37,669 bases of DNA from contig JWZX01003406.1 of assembly GCA_001275005.1 (NCBI GenBank), positions 1-37,669 of the forward strand, in the 5' to 3' direction. The translations under genes were made by a program, and so were the position numbers. Under the pieces are notes generated by a model. It saw only the letters and a list, made by a program, of their open reading frames with translations. It searched no databases and was not told the DNA's origin. The stretch comes from Chrysochromulina tobinii. Taxonomy: Eukaryota. Below, piece after piece: positions 27,520-36,529 of the stretch (within the stretch, counting starts at the first letter, position 1; every line of letters starts with the position of its first letter).

Positions 27520-30500
27520 ATGCCTGCTGCAGTAGGCACTGGCGCAATCGTCAAGGAGCAGCAGGGTACGATCGCCAAAGTCGTGACCGGTAAGGTTGTC
27601 ATGGCACCAACCGTGCCGGACTGCTGCCAGCTGACGGAGCTGACGGAAGCGACAGTGCTGACCAACATCGAGCGGCGGTACATGGACAATAAAATGTACA
27701 CGTTCACTGGTAATATCCTGCTTGCCGTGAATCCGTACGAGCGGCTGCCAATTTACGAGGAGCAGTACATGGCACGCTTCCCAGATGTGGCGATCTCAAA
27801 GGCCGAGCCACACGTGTTCGCGTCCGCCGAGGAGGCTTACCAGCGGATCCGCAAGGATCGGCGAGCGCAATCGATTGTCGTTTCGGGTGAAAGTGGAGCG
27901 GGCAAGACAGAGACTAACAAGTACCTCATGCGCTACCTTGCCTGGCGCTCGCGCGGCGGCAAGGGCGGCACCGGTGGCGCCGACCTTGCCAACGCCATCT
28001 TGCAGTCGAACCCGATCCTTGAGGGCTTTGGCAACGCCAAGACTGGCCGCAACAACAACTCGTCGCGCTTCGGAAAGTTCATCCGCATTCACTTCGATCC
28101 CAAGGGCGGCGTGGGCGGCGCGGTCATGTCGACCTATCTGCTCGAGAAGTCTCGCGTCGTCTTCCAGGGGCCCAACGAGCGCAACTACCACTCCTTCTAC
28201 ATGCTGCAGGCGGGAGCTAGTGCCGGAGAGCGCGCGAGCTTCAGCCTCGAGCCTGGACCCGAAAAGTATGCCTTTCTCAACCAGAGCGGCTGTTACGCCA
28301 ACACGGGTTGGGGTGAGGACTCGAAGGAGTACGCTGCGATGCGCACGGCCATGTCCGCCGTCGGGTTGAATGAGACGACGCAGCTCGAGATGCTGAGCGT
28401 GCTTGCATCGACGATGCACCTTGGCAATGTCGACTTCAACAAGGTAGCCAACGAGGAGTATGCGTGTGCCGCCGATGAGGCGCGCTTGGCGCTCGCCTCC
28501 CATCTGCTCGGCTGTGAAGACGTGGGGCCGCTGCTCCTGCAGCGCTCTATGAAAGTTCCCGGTGCCGTCTATAACATCCAACTCACGCCGCCGCAGGCGA
28601 CCGCCGCACGCAACGCATTTGGCAAGCAGGTATACTGCCTGCTCTTCGACTGGATCGTCGCGCGCATCAATGATTCGATACGCGGGAACGCTAACGACGC
28701 GATGCCTTTTATTGGGCTGCTCGACGTCTTCGGCTTCGAGATCTTCGAGGTCAATTCTTTCGAGCAGCTGTGCATCAACTTTGCCAACGAGAAGCTGCAC
28801 CAGTTCTTCCTCAAATTCGTCTTCAAGATGGAAGAAGAGATCTACAAGGCGGAGGCCATCGCCGGCATCAAGATCGAGTACTCAGACAACCAGCCGTGCA
28901 TCGACCTCATCGAGCGGCCGCCGATGGGCATCTTCAAGCTGCTCGACAGTATGTGCAAGACGCCGAAGGCGACCGATGTCAAGTTCTGTACGTCCATCTT
29001 CGACGAGCACGCCAAGCCAGGCAAGCAACACGCGCACCTTGTAGTGCCCAAGCGGCGGCCGCGCGAGGACACCGAGTTTTCCGTGCGCCACTTCGCGGGC
29101 GAGGTGCGCTACGCGTGCACCAACTTCCTCGAGAAGAATAACGACTCTCTCGACACCTCCTTCAAGGACATGCTGCTGCAGGCGAGCAACGGTGTCACGC
29201 GCGCGCTCGCGCAGATTGCAGCCGATCGCGATGAGTCGGCGACAGCGGGCAACGCCAAGTCGGGCGCGCGCTCGGTTGGAGGCTTCGCGTCCGTCTCGAA
29301 GCGCTTCGTCGACGACATCAATTCGCTCGTCAACACGCTCAACATGACAACCGCTCACTTCGTGCGCTGCATGAAGCCGAACGCGCGTTTCAAGAAGCTC
29401 GACTTCGACAGGGCGATGATTAAGACGCAACTGCAGTGCAATGGCACGCTCGAGGCCGTTCAGCTCATGCGCCACGGCTACCCCAACCGTGTTCCGTACG
29501 ACCTTATGTTCGATAGGTACAAGAAGCATCTGCTCTCGGTGCCGGGCGTCAAAGACCTAACGCCCGCGCAATTTTGCGAGGTGCTCGCAGCGATCGCAAA
29601 CCTCGACGCAAGCGACTACGCGCTCGGTGTCACCAAGATGTTCCTCAAGGCGGGGAAAGGTAAGTTCCTCGAGGAGCTCAAGGAGAAGCCCATCGACGAG
29701 GTGCTGCCCGTGCTCAAGGCCAAGATGATCGAGTGGGAGCGCCGACGCCGCGCCCTACCGCTCATCGCTAAGTTCCTGCACATGCAGGTCAAGCGCTGCC
29801 GGTACAAGCGCGAGCGGCGGCTTGCCGTGTACGTTCAGAGCCACCGCCGGGGCGTGCTCGCACGGCGCGCATTCAAGGCGAAACTGGCGGCGCATCGGGC
29901 AGCCACGGAGGCGGCAAGGATCGCCAAGGCAGAGGCCGCCCGCTCGGGGCACGCGCACCGCCCTTCAACACTTTCGGCCGAGGTGGCCAAGGCGGAGGCG
30001 CAGGCGCGTGAGTACGCCGAGGTGCAGGCGGAGGTGGCGGCAGAGATGGGGCTGAGCGAGCAGGTGGCCGAGTCGACGGCCGCTGCAGAGGCCCTCGGTG
30101 GCGAGAAGGCCTCGGTTGCCGCCAAGGCGCTACAGGAGAAGTACGGCCTAGGGGGCGCTGGGAAGGGGCGCGCGGCCAGAGGAGCCTTCGATCTGATGAG
30201 CCCTCGGTCATCAGAGAAGCTGGCGGCCGAAGCAGTGACGCTGCCCGAGATCCTCGACCCGAAAGCTCTGCAGGCGCTGTTGCAGGGGATGGACTACAGC
30301 ATGATGGAGACGGAGATTGAGGCCATCGTGCTGAAGGCCAAGACGGAGGCGCGCCTGCGCGAGCGGCAGCGAATTCACGAAATCACCGAAGCGGTGCGCC
30401 TCGAGGCGCAGCGCAAGCTCAAGTACCACGTGTCGCTCGCGCAGAAGCAGATTCGTGAGGAGCTCAACCAACGCGTCACGGCGGAGGTCAAAAGCCACGC

Positions 30501-32583
30501 GATGGTACAGAAAGCGAGCTTCACGGCGGAGGGCGAGCGCTGCACGCTGCGCGTCGTGCAGCAAAAAGATCACAGCGAGACGTTTACGAAGACGCTCAAG
30601 ACCAAAGAGGTCGACGCAATCCGCGCCATGTTCAAGCAGTGGGACGTAGACGGCGACGGCGCCATCTCCTACTCGGAGTTCATCGCGGTCATGAAATCGG
30701 TGGCCGAACGCCAGGGTAAGCCCTTCTCAGAGAAGCGTGTTCAGGCAATGTTCGCGCTCGCCGACCTCGACAAGAACGGCTCGGTCGACTTCGCCGAGTT
30801 TCTCGTGATGCAGGTGCAGAAGGCGGATCGGGCGAAGCTCAAGGCGGAGCTGGGTGCTGACGGCGCAGGTGCATCGGACGACAGCAGGTTCCTCGGAGTG
30901 GGTGCCTCGCCGGGACTCGAGAGGCTGAAAGAGGTCCTGAGCGAAAAGAAAGGCGCCAACGGCAAGGATAGGGTTGGGACTGGCGATCATGCGTCGATCG
31001 CTTCCTTCTCTGATCTCGCGTCCGCCACCGATCTGGAGCCTGGCGCTCCACTCACGGAGGCGATCGACCTCGGCCCGCAATTTCTGCGCGAATATCTTCG
31101 CTTCAACCGCAACGGCAACGGCTGCTTGGAGCTCGAGCAATTTGTGGCCGTGCTCGAGACAACGCTTCTGAAGCGCGGCTTGCGCGTCTACCGCAAGCAG
31201 CTCGAGGGCATGTTCCGAGCCGCGGACTTTGACGAGGATGGCATCGTCGAGCTCCACCAATTCGTGCAGCTCGACTCGGTCAAGCGCTACTTTGACACGC
31301 TCCAGAAGCGCGAAATCCAGCATCAGCAGCAGGCGCGCGAGCAGAACGAGGCCCAGCAGCGCGCGGTGGTGCTGCAGCATCAAAAGCAGGAGGCCGAGCG
31401 GCAGGCAGGAGATCGCAGGAGATCGCAGGAGATCGCGTACCGGCAGCAGCAGCAGGCGAATGTGTATGCTGCGAGCATGCCGCAAGTCCCGCCTTCCCCG
31501 GGCTGGGATGCATCTTCGCCGGCCATGCGTCCACCGATGAGCGAGGGCGAGGCCCTGCTTTCGCATCGCCTCGACCAAGCACAGCGACAGCTTGCCATGG
31601 TGGCCCAGGTCAACGCGGTGGAGCGCGATCTGCAGCTCGCCTTGCAAATGGGCGCCGGCTCGACGAGCGCCGGTACCGGTGCGATGCCCAGGACAGCGCT
31701 TGCCATGTGCGGCGACTCCCAACGGGCGGCTGGCAAGCAACAGCACCAAGCGGGCGCGGCGCCGAAGCCGGTCATCTACCTCGACGATTGGCAGCAGGGG
31801 CGCTCGGGGCTCTCCTCCAAGCACCATCAACGTCTAGGGATGCAAGGCTTTACTCCGCAGAGCGAGCGCGAACCTGCAGCAGACATTTCATCGAGGGGCG
31901 GTGCCGGCGGTGGCGGCGGCGTCTCGCGGCGCAAGTCAGTGGGGGATGGCAGCTCAGTCGGGGATGGCACCACGGCTGCAGGCGGCTCTCACGACAACTC
32001 GCCTCCGCAGCGCATGGGAGGGATCGTGCGCCGCGACGGGCGCACAGACGCGTATACGGAGACGAGCAACGCCGCGATGAATCGCTTCCTCTCCTCGCAG
32101 GCCGCAGCGCTCAGGTCAACGGACCTTAACCCGACAACGGGCGTCATTGGCCGACTTTCTGCGGCGCCGAACGTCGCAGGGTTTGCCTTGCGTGCGCTCG
32201 GTGCCCTGGAAGGTGGGCTGAGCGCGTCTGCGCAGGTTGACCAGTACGCAAGTCCGTCCACTCGGGCAGCACAGTCACAATCCCGGCAGCCAGTTACGCC
32301 TTCCACGCCGATCGGGGCGGCTCTCAAACGCGCCGACTCGTTTGGACGGCGTGCCAGCTCGCTCTTTGGCTTTGGCTCAGGGCGTGGCAGCCAAACTTCA
32401 AATCGCACAGCGGGGTCGCCGGCGATGCCGACGCCGCCCCTCGCTCTGCCTTCAACGGGCACGATGAAGCGCACTGACTCATTTCTGTCCAGAGCGAAGC
32501 GGCGCCTCGGCGGTGGCTTCTCAGCGCGTGGGCTGCCAGAATCGCCCAAGGGTGCGGACGGCGACCTGCGACAACACCTTTGA
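27520..32583 (+). CDS. Unconventional myosin heavy chain: motor, 1-2 IQ motifs, coiled coil, four EF-hand-like loops, disordered tail
   Basis: YTFTGNILLAVNPY, P-loop GESGAGKT, LEGFGNAKT, switch I NNNSSRFGK, YLLEKSR, ERNYHSFY, switch II LDVFGFE, NSFEQLCINFANEKL, FVRCMKPN, IQ-like VQSHRRGVLAR. EF loops DVDGDGAISYSE, DLDKNGSVDFAE, NRNGNGCLELEQ, DFDEDGIVELHQ. First ATG at 27520. Confidence 0.95.
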   Translation: MPAAVGTGAIVKEQQGTIAKVVTGKVVMAPTVPDCCQLTELTEATVLTNIERRYMDNKMYTFTGNILLAVNPYERLPIYEEQYMARFPDVAISKAEPHVFASAEEAYQRIRKDRRAQSIVVSGESGAGKTETNKYLMRYLAWRSRGGKGGTGGADLANAILQSNPILEGFGNAKTGRNNNSSRFGKFIRIHFDPKGGVGGAVMSTYLLEKSRVVFQGPNERNYHSFYMLQAGASAGERASFSLEPGPEKYAFLNQSGCYANTGWGEDSKEYAAMRTAMSAVGLNETTQLEMLSVLASTMHLGNVDFNKVANEEYACAADEARLALASHLLGCEDVGPLLLQRSMKVPGAVYNIQLTPPQATAARNAFGKQVYCLLFDWIVARINDSIRGNANDAMPFIGLLDVFGFEIFEVNSFEQLCINFANEKLHQFFLKFVFKMEEEIYKAEAIAGIKIEYSDNQPCIDLIERPPMGIFKLLDSMCKTPKATDVKFCTSIFDEHAKPGKQHAHLVVPKRRPREDTEFSVRHFAGEVRYACTNFLEKNNDSLDTSFKDMLLQASNGVTRALAQIAADRDESATAGNAKSGARSVGGFASVSKRFVDDINSLVNTLNMTTAHFVRCMKPNARFKKLDFDRAMIKTQLQCNGTLEAVQLMRHGYPNRVPYDLMFDRYKKHLLSVPGVKDLTPAQFCEVLAAIANLDASDYALGVTKMFLKAGKGKFLEELKEKPIDEVLPVLKAKMIEWERRRRALPLIAKFLHMQVKRCRYKRERRLAVYVQSHRRGVLARRAFKAKLAAHRAATEAARIAKAEAARSGHAHRPSTLSAEVAKAEAQAREYAEVQAEVAAEMGLSEQVAESTAAAEALGGEKASVAAKALQEKYGLGGAGKGRAARGAFDLMSPRSSEKLAAEAVTLPEILDPKALQALLQGMDYSMMETEIEAIVLKAKTEARLRERQRIHEITEAVRLEAQRKLKYHVSLAQKQIREELNQRVTAEVKSHAMVQKASFTAEGERCTLRVVQQKDHSETFTKTLKTKEVDAIRAMFKQWDVDGDGAISYSEFIAVMKSVAERQGKPFSEKRVQAMFALADLDKNGSVDFAEFLVMQVQKADRAKLKAELGADGAGASDDSRFLGVGASPGLERLKEVLSEKKGANGKDRVGTGDHASIASFSDLASATDLEPGAPLTEAIDLGPQFLREYLRFNRNGNGCLELEQFVAVLETTLLKRGLRVYRKQLEGMFRAADFDEDGIVELHQFVQLDSVKRYFDTLQKREIQHQQQAREQNEAQQRAVVLQHQKQEAERQAGDRRRSQEIAYRQQQQANVYAASMPQVPPSPGWDASSPAMRPPMSEGEALLSHRLDQAQRQLAMVAQVNAVERDLQLALQMGAGSTSAGTGAMPRTALAMCGDSQRAAGKQQHQAGAAPKPVIYLDDWQQGRSGLSSKHHQRLGMQGFTPQSEREPAADISSRGGAGGGGGVSRRKSVGDGSSVGDGTTAAGGSHDNSPPQRMGGIVRRDGRTDAYTETSNAAMNRFLSSQAAALRSTDLNPTTGVIGRLSAAPNVAGFALRALGALEGGLSASAQVDQYASPSTRAAQSQSRQPVTPSTPIGAALKRADSFGRRASSLFGFGSGRGSQTSNRTAGSPAMPTPPLALPSTGTMKRTDSFLSRAKRRLGGGFSARGLPESPKGADGDLRQHL

Positions 32584-32610
32584 ATCTCCTTTGAATCTCA
32601 TTTGAATCTC
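32578..32610. repeat. 11-bp tandem repeat (xTTTGAATCTC, 3 copies) spanning the myosin stop codon
   Basis: ctttgaatctc ctttgaatctc atttgaatctc is directly visible. Confidence 0.8.
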
Positions 32611-32900
32611 GATGCATCTTGGCCAATATTTGGTCAAGCGCGACACGAGCCACGCACATTAAATAGCAAGGTTATAGGCATCAGGTAACAGGTACTTCAG
32701 GTCTAGTGCGTCTCGGTTAGTCCGAGATCCGAGTACGGAGTATCGAATACGTGGCGCGGTCGACGGCTCGGTGGCGCCATGGCGGTTCGGGGCCGCCGCC
32801 CCCCCGGCTAAAGCGTAAGGGCTAAGGCGGTATAATCCCCTAATAATCCCCACTTGTTCTAGGACCACGGGACCTTTGGAAAGAAAAAGTCGGCGTACGG

Positions 32901-32930
32901 CGATACGTTCACTGTCGATACGTTCACTGT
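32901..32930. repeat. Perfect 15-bp tandem duplication (CGATACGTTCACTGT x2)
   Basis: Directly visible in the myosin/JmjC intergenic region. Confidence 0.85.
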
Positions 32931-33327
32931 GTCCATTCACCGCGTGGGCGGGCGCCGTCGCGCTCTGGCTCTCCATGCGCGCCTCTCGCGGCGGCGGTCC
33001 CGGGGCAGCCCACGGGGCCGTGAAACAACGTCTACGCAACAACCCGAAAGCGCTGGGGTCTGGCCCCCCCGCGCCTTCCGCCCGCGCCTCACGCTGTGCC
33101 CACCTCGGCGCCCGCACACCGCGCGCACGCTCCCTCAGACCGCCACACCATCTTCCCCTCGCCCGATCACCGATCGGGTGAGCATCCGCGGGCGTCTACC
33201 GTTTTGTCGCGCGGTCGGTCGAGGCCGCGGGGTCTCTGAGGCACTAATTGAGGCACGTACGACGCCAAAGGTCGAGCGTCGTAGTGCGGACTCGCGGATT
33301 CTCTTCCATAAAACGCGCACCACTTGA

Positions 33328-35073
33328 TCAACCATCGTCGGATACGCACGAGCCGACACCCTCTGGGAGATCCGCCGGGAGAGCTTGACTGCTGCCAACA
33401 CTGGACTCCTGCACGCCGAGCTTTGCATCGACTTCATCGAGTGCTTGCATCAGTTGGCCTAAGGTGGGGTAGGGCTCTTTGCCAATGATTGGGTATGGGT
33501 CGATGCCACTGATGGTTTCCGCCCTTTCTATCCAGATGTTGAGGGCCAGGTTGTAACCACCGACGGCGTCTGCCTCGGAAAAGACATGATGATGCCACCC
33601 GATGGGCAGATAGAGGCAGTCAGAGGGCTGAACGCTGGCATAGCTCTGTACCTTGAGCGCATCCCGAAACTTGGGGAACGCAGCCAGATCGGGCGCCGCG
33701 CCATTTATCTCAGCGGTGTTGTGCGAGACGATTCCTGTATCGCGTCGCCCATACTCTCCACGCAGTGGCGAGTAGTTCGCTTGGATGTCGCGTCGAGGGC
33801 CGTAATAGAGCAAGTCGGTGGCCTCTGGCGGATAGAGCAGCAGGTGTTTCGAGCCGCGGATCTGACACAGGAAGTTGTCGTATGGGTCATTGTGAAGCGT
33901 GTTGCGGAAGTGTCCATCGCCGAGCCAAAAATTCAGGTCGGTGAGGCGCAGATTTTCCATCCATGCCAGGGGCCTCAGGTCGCGCAGCAAGCCGGACATT
34001 GGCCATAGTGGGGCTTGGCGCGAGTAGAGTGTCAAGTTGGCATCCGTGCGCAGGCTGAGCATGCGAACGAAGTCGCCGACACGCATCGTCGACTTGGCCG
34101 GGCGCTCGATGCGGTCTGGGCGCACCTCGAACTCGCCCTCCACCGTGACGACCGTGATTTCAAGCGGCTCGTCTCCCGCACGCTCTAGGAGGTGCTCCGC
34201 ATCCCATTTGATGGTTGGCGCCCAACCCTCGGCCGCACGTCGCAGCACAGTCGGAACGGGGTTTCGGATCATGTGGTCAACGGCGGCCGCAGTGTGCGGC
34301 GGATGTACGGTTGCAGCCTGCGGGCCACCAACTGCCTGCTTCAACGCGTCCTCGAGCCCTTGAATGCAGCGGCGCTCAAGGCACTTGGGCTTGGCGTTCG
34401 GTGCTTTCGCGACGAGGTCGTCCACGTACTCCTTCCATTCGACCGCTAGGCTGTCAGTCTCGAGGATGCTGCGATTGCGAGCGTGAATGGCCATCTTGTA
34501 ACTCACGGCCGCTTCCGCCTTGCGCCCGCCGAAGTACAGGTGGTCATACAGTCTTTTCGCACCAGCAGTGGGGTCCACATGAACCAATCCTCGAAGCGCG
34601 GCCTCGGCTTCGGCTTGCCGGCTCGCCCTTGAGAGCACGCGCGCCAGTGAACTGTATGCTAGCGACAGCTGCGGATCCAGCTCGAGTGCTCGTCGCAAGT
34701 GCAGCTCTGGGGTCGGTGAGACACCCGACAGGTCAAAATGCGCTCGACCCGAATTAGGGCGCAGCGCGATGACATGCTCAAATGCCTCGCGCGCACCATC
34801 TCCGTCGCGGGCGTTCTGCCGCATAGCGCCCAACTCCGTCCAGACGTCGGCATCCATCGGAACGAGCGAGGCCGCTACTGCGAGCGCGCCGCTCGCTGCA
34901 CGCATGAACCCGTGTGGCTTGGCATACATGCGTCCGAGTTCGCGGTACTTATCAGCGTCATTAGGAGCTACCTCGAGCGCTTTACGCAGTTGCGCGGTGG
35001 CAGCATCCACGATACGCTGCTTTTCTTCGTAGCTCTGTCCGAGAACGAGCGTGCACAGCAACAGGTGCACCAT
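33328..35073 (-). CDS. Signal peptide + TPR repeats + JmjC (cupin-like, FIH/JMJD5/7/8-type) 2OG oxygenase
   Basis: MVHLLLCTLVLG; TPRs (LRKALEVAPNDA, AREAFEHVIALRPN, LRRALELDP); PTVLRRAAEGWAP..KW, NFWLG, TLHNDPYDNFLCQIRGSK, DCLYLPIGWHHHV, NLALNIW, with the HxD...H triad intact. Alternative ATG at 35088. Confidence 0.88.
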   Translation of the reverse strand: MVHLLLCTLVLGQSYEEKQRIVDAATAQLRKALEVAPNDADKYRELGRMYAKPHGFMRAASGALAVAASLVPMDADVWTELGAMRQNARDGDGAREAFEHVIALRPNSGRAHFDLSGVSPTPELHLRRALELDPQLSLAYSSLARVLSRASRQAEAEAALRGLVHVDPTAGAKRLYDHLYFGGRKAEAAVSYKMAIHARNRSILETDSLAVEWKEYVDDLVAKAPNAKPKCLERRCIQGLEDALKQAVGGPQAATVHPPHTAAAVDHMIRNPVPTVLRRAAEGWAPTIKWDAEHLLERAGDEPLEITVVTVEGEFEVRPDRIERPAKSTMRVGDFVRMLSLRTDANLTLYSRQAPLWPMSGLLRDLRPLAWMENLRLTDLNFWLGDGHFRNTLHNDPYDNFLCQIRGSKHLLLYPPEATDLLYYGPRRDIQANYSPLRGEYGRRDTGIVSHNTAEINGAAPDLAAFPKFRDALKVQSYASVQPSDCLYLPIGWHHHVFSEADAVGGYNLALNIWIERAETISGIDPYPIIGKEPYPTLGQLMQALDEVDAKLGVQESSVGSSQALPADLPEGVGSCVSDDG

Positions 35074-35252
35074 CGCCCTGCATCCCATTAGGTTAGGTAT
35101 GCCGCGCCGGGCCGCGCGGAGTGGGTCTTCGCGTGCGGCAAAAAAACCAAAGGGAAGCCTCCAGCCTGCCGCGACGGACGAGGAGAGTTTGCCGAAACCG
35201 CGAAGCACTGAACTCTTTGAAACAGTGTGAAAGTAGTCACGTGAGCGCCCAC

Positions 35253-36200
35253 TTACCGCATATGCCTTGTCATGCCGGGCCTGTTGCCGCCCAGGCCAGC
35301 GAGCACGAGCTTCTCGTTGACGCGCGCCTGGTACATGAAGGCGGCGAGCGCGTCCTCACCCTGTGGCTCAACCGCTTCGCCAGGAGCGTGCCCCTGTGTC
35401 CAAAGAATCTGCTGTCGATTCTCTGGAACGGAGGGGAGCGTCAATGTTTGGCGACCGAGCTTCGCAGAGCCGCGGACAACTGCCTGCTGCAGGGCACGCA
35501 TGTCAAAGCTCCGAGTGGGCTGCAGGCCGGGATGAGCCGGTGCCGACACCGGCGGCGGCTTCTTGCCGCCCAGCAGCAGCGGCCCGACGGAGGGCGCGCC
35601 GGCGCCCTGCTGCCTAATGGGTCCTGTGCCCACGGCAACACCCGCAAAGCTGCGAAGTTTACTGCTGAGTTCCGACGGCAGCGTCGCAGGCGCCGAGCTT
35701 ATGCGTGACGGCACCGGCACTTCGGGAAGCCGAACGAGCCATCCACGAACAACCGGCGCGATACGCTCAGCGTCAGCGTCCCAGAGCCGTGCCAGCAGCT
35801 CGATGCAACGTTCTGTATTGCCGCCGCAAAGCTTGTAGAGGGAAAAGAGATCCTCCATGGATGGCGTCTCAACCCGCATGGAGGGACCGACCGGGGCGGA
35901 CTGTGGCGGAGGTGGTGGCGGCGGCGGTGCCTTCGCCTGGCCCCGCGGCTCCGGGAGTGGCGCATACTCTCCAGGTTCCGCAGGCCGCCGCCTGCTGCCA
36001 CCGGCTGGCATGCCTGGTGCAACGTGCGTGTTGGGCACTGGAAGAACACCTGTGTGGGTGACGCCATCATCTGGAGACGGCAGCCACGGTGGCCTCGATT
36101 TCGCATCGCCTAGTGGATGTCTCTGCATCCCGTGCGCGCGCTCCTGCGCACTAGGCTGGTACGGCCGCGCGTCGAAGATCATGCCGCCCCGCATCGGCAT
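35253..36200 (-). CDS. Hypothetical Pro-rich protein
   Basis: 315-aa ORF with a small helical-looking core (PSMEDLFSLYKLCGGNTERCIELLARLW...VVRGWL). No family recognised. Confidence 0.6.
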   Translation of the reverse strand: MPMRGGMIFDARPYQPSAQERAHGMQRHPLGDAKSRPPWLPSPDDGVTHTGVLPVPNTHVAPGMPAGGSRRRPAEPGEYAPLPEPRGQAKAPPPPPPPPQSAPVGPSMRVETPSMEDLFSLYKLCGGNTERCIELLARLWDADAERIAPVVRGWLVRLPEVPVPSRISSAPATLPSELSSKLRSFAGVAVGTGPIRQQGAGAPSVGPLLLGGKKPPPVSAPAHPGLQPTRSFDMRALQQAVVRGSAKLGRQTLTLPSVPENRQQILWTQGHAPGEAVEPQGEDALAAFMYQARVNEKLVLAGLGGNRPGMTRHMR

Positions 36201-36312
36201 GGCTTACCAGACGCGACGGTTGTGATGGGCTCAAAATCGCACACCAGCCCGCTTTCCGCTTTTCCACACAACTAGTGTTACGCTACTTCCCAACAGCTTT
36301 GGTCACTCTCGC

Positions 36313-36361
36313 GAGCGGATCTGAGGTCAGGTCTAGCACCTTCCATATCGCTGAGGACATG
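36313..36361 (+). repeat. Direct repeat, copy 1 (21-bp exact core TCTGAGGTCAGGTCTAGCACC at 36320-36340)
   Basis: Ungapped alignment with 37507-37555, from GAGCG through GACATG. Confidence 0.85.
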
Positions 36362-36476
36362 ACGCTTTTTTTCGCCCCAGGAGGTGTCTAGAGGGTGTTT
36401 CGAGACTCCCTGGAGTTAGAACGGCCCTCCGGAGGCGCGGGGGGGGCGAAAACTTTTACGTGTTCGAAACGACGCG

Positions 36477-36525
36477 ATCGTGGAACGAAGGCGCTTCGTC
36501 ACTAAGCGAATCGTGGAACGAAGGC
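36477..36525 (+). repeat. 16-bp direct repeat ATCGTGGAACGAAGGC (36477-36492 and 36510-36525) just upstream of ATG 36530
   Basis: Directly visible. Confidence 0.85.
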
Positions 36526-36529
36526 CGTC

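Noticed and set aside
885..35073. Genome-wide reassignment of UGA to Cys or Trp
   Set aside because: Conserved genes (VPS51, ATG7) end at TGA at their expected C-termini, so TGA is a normal stop.
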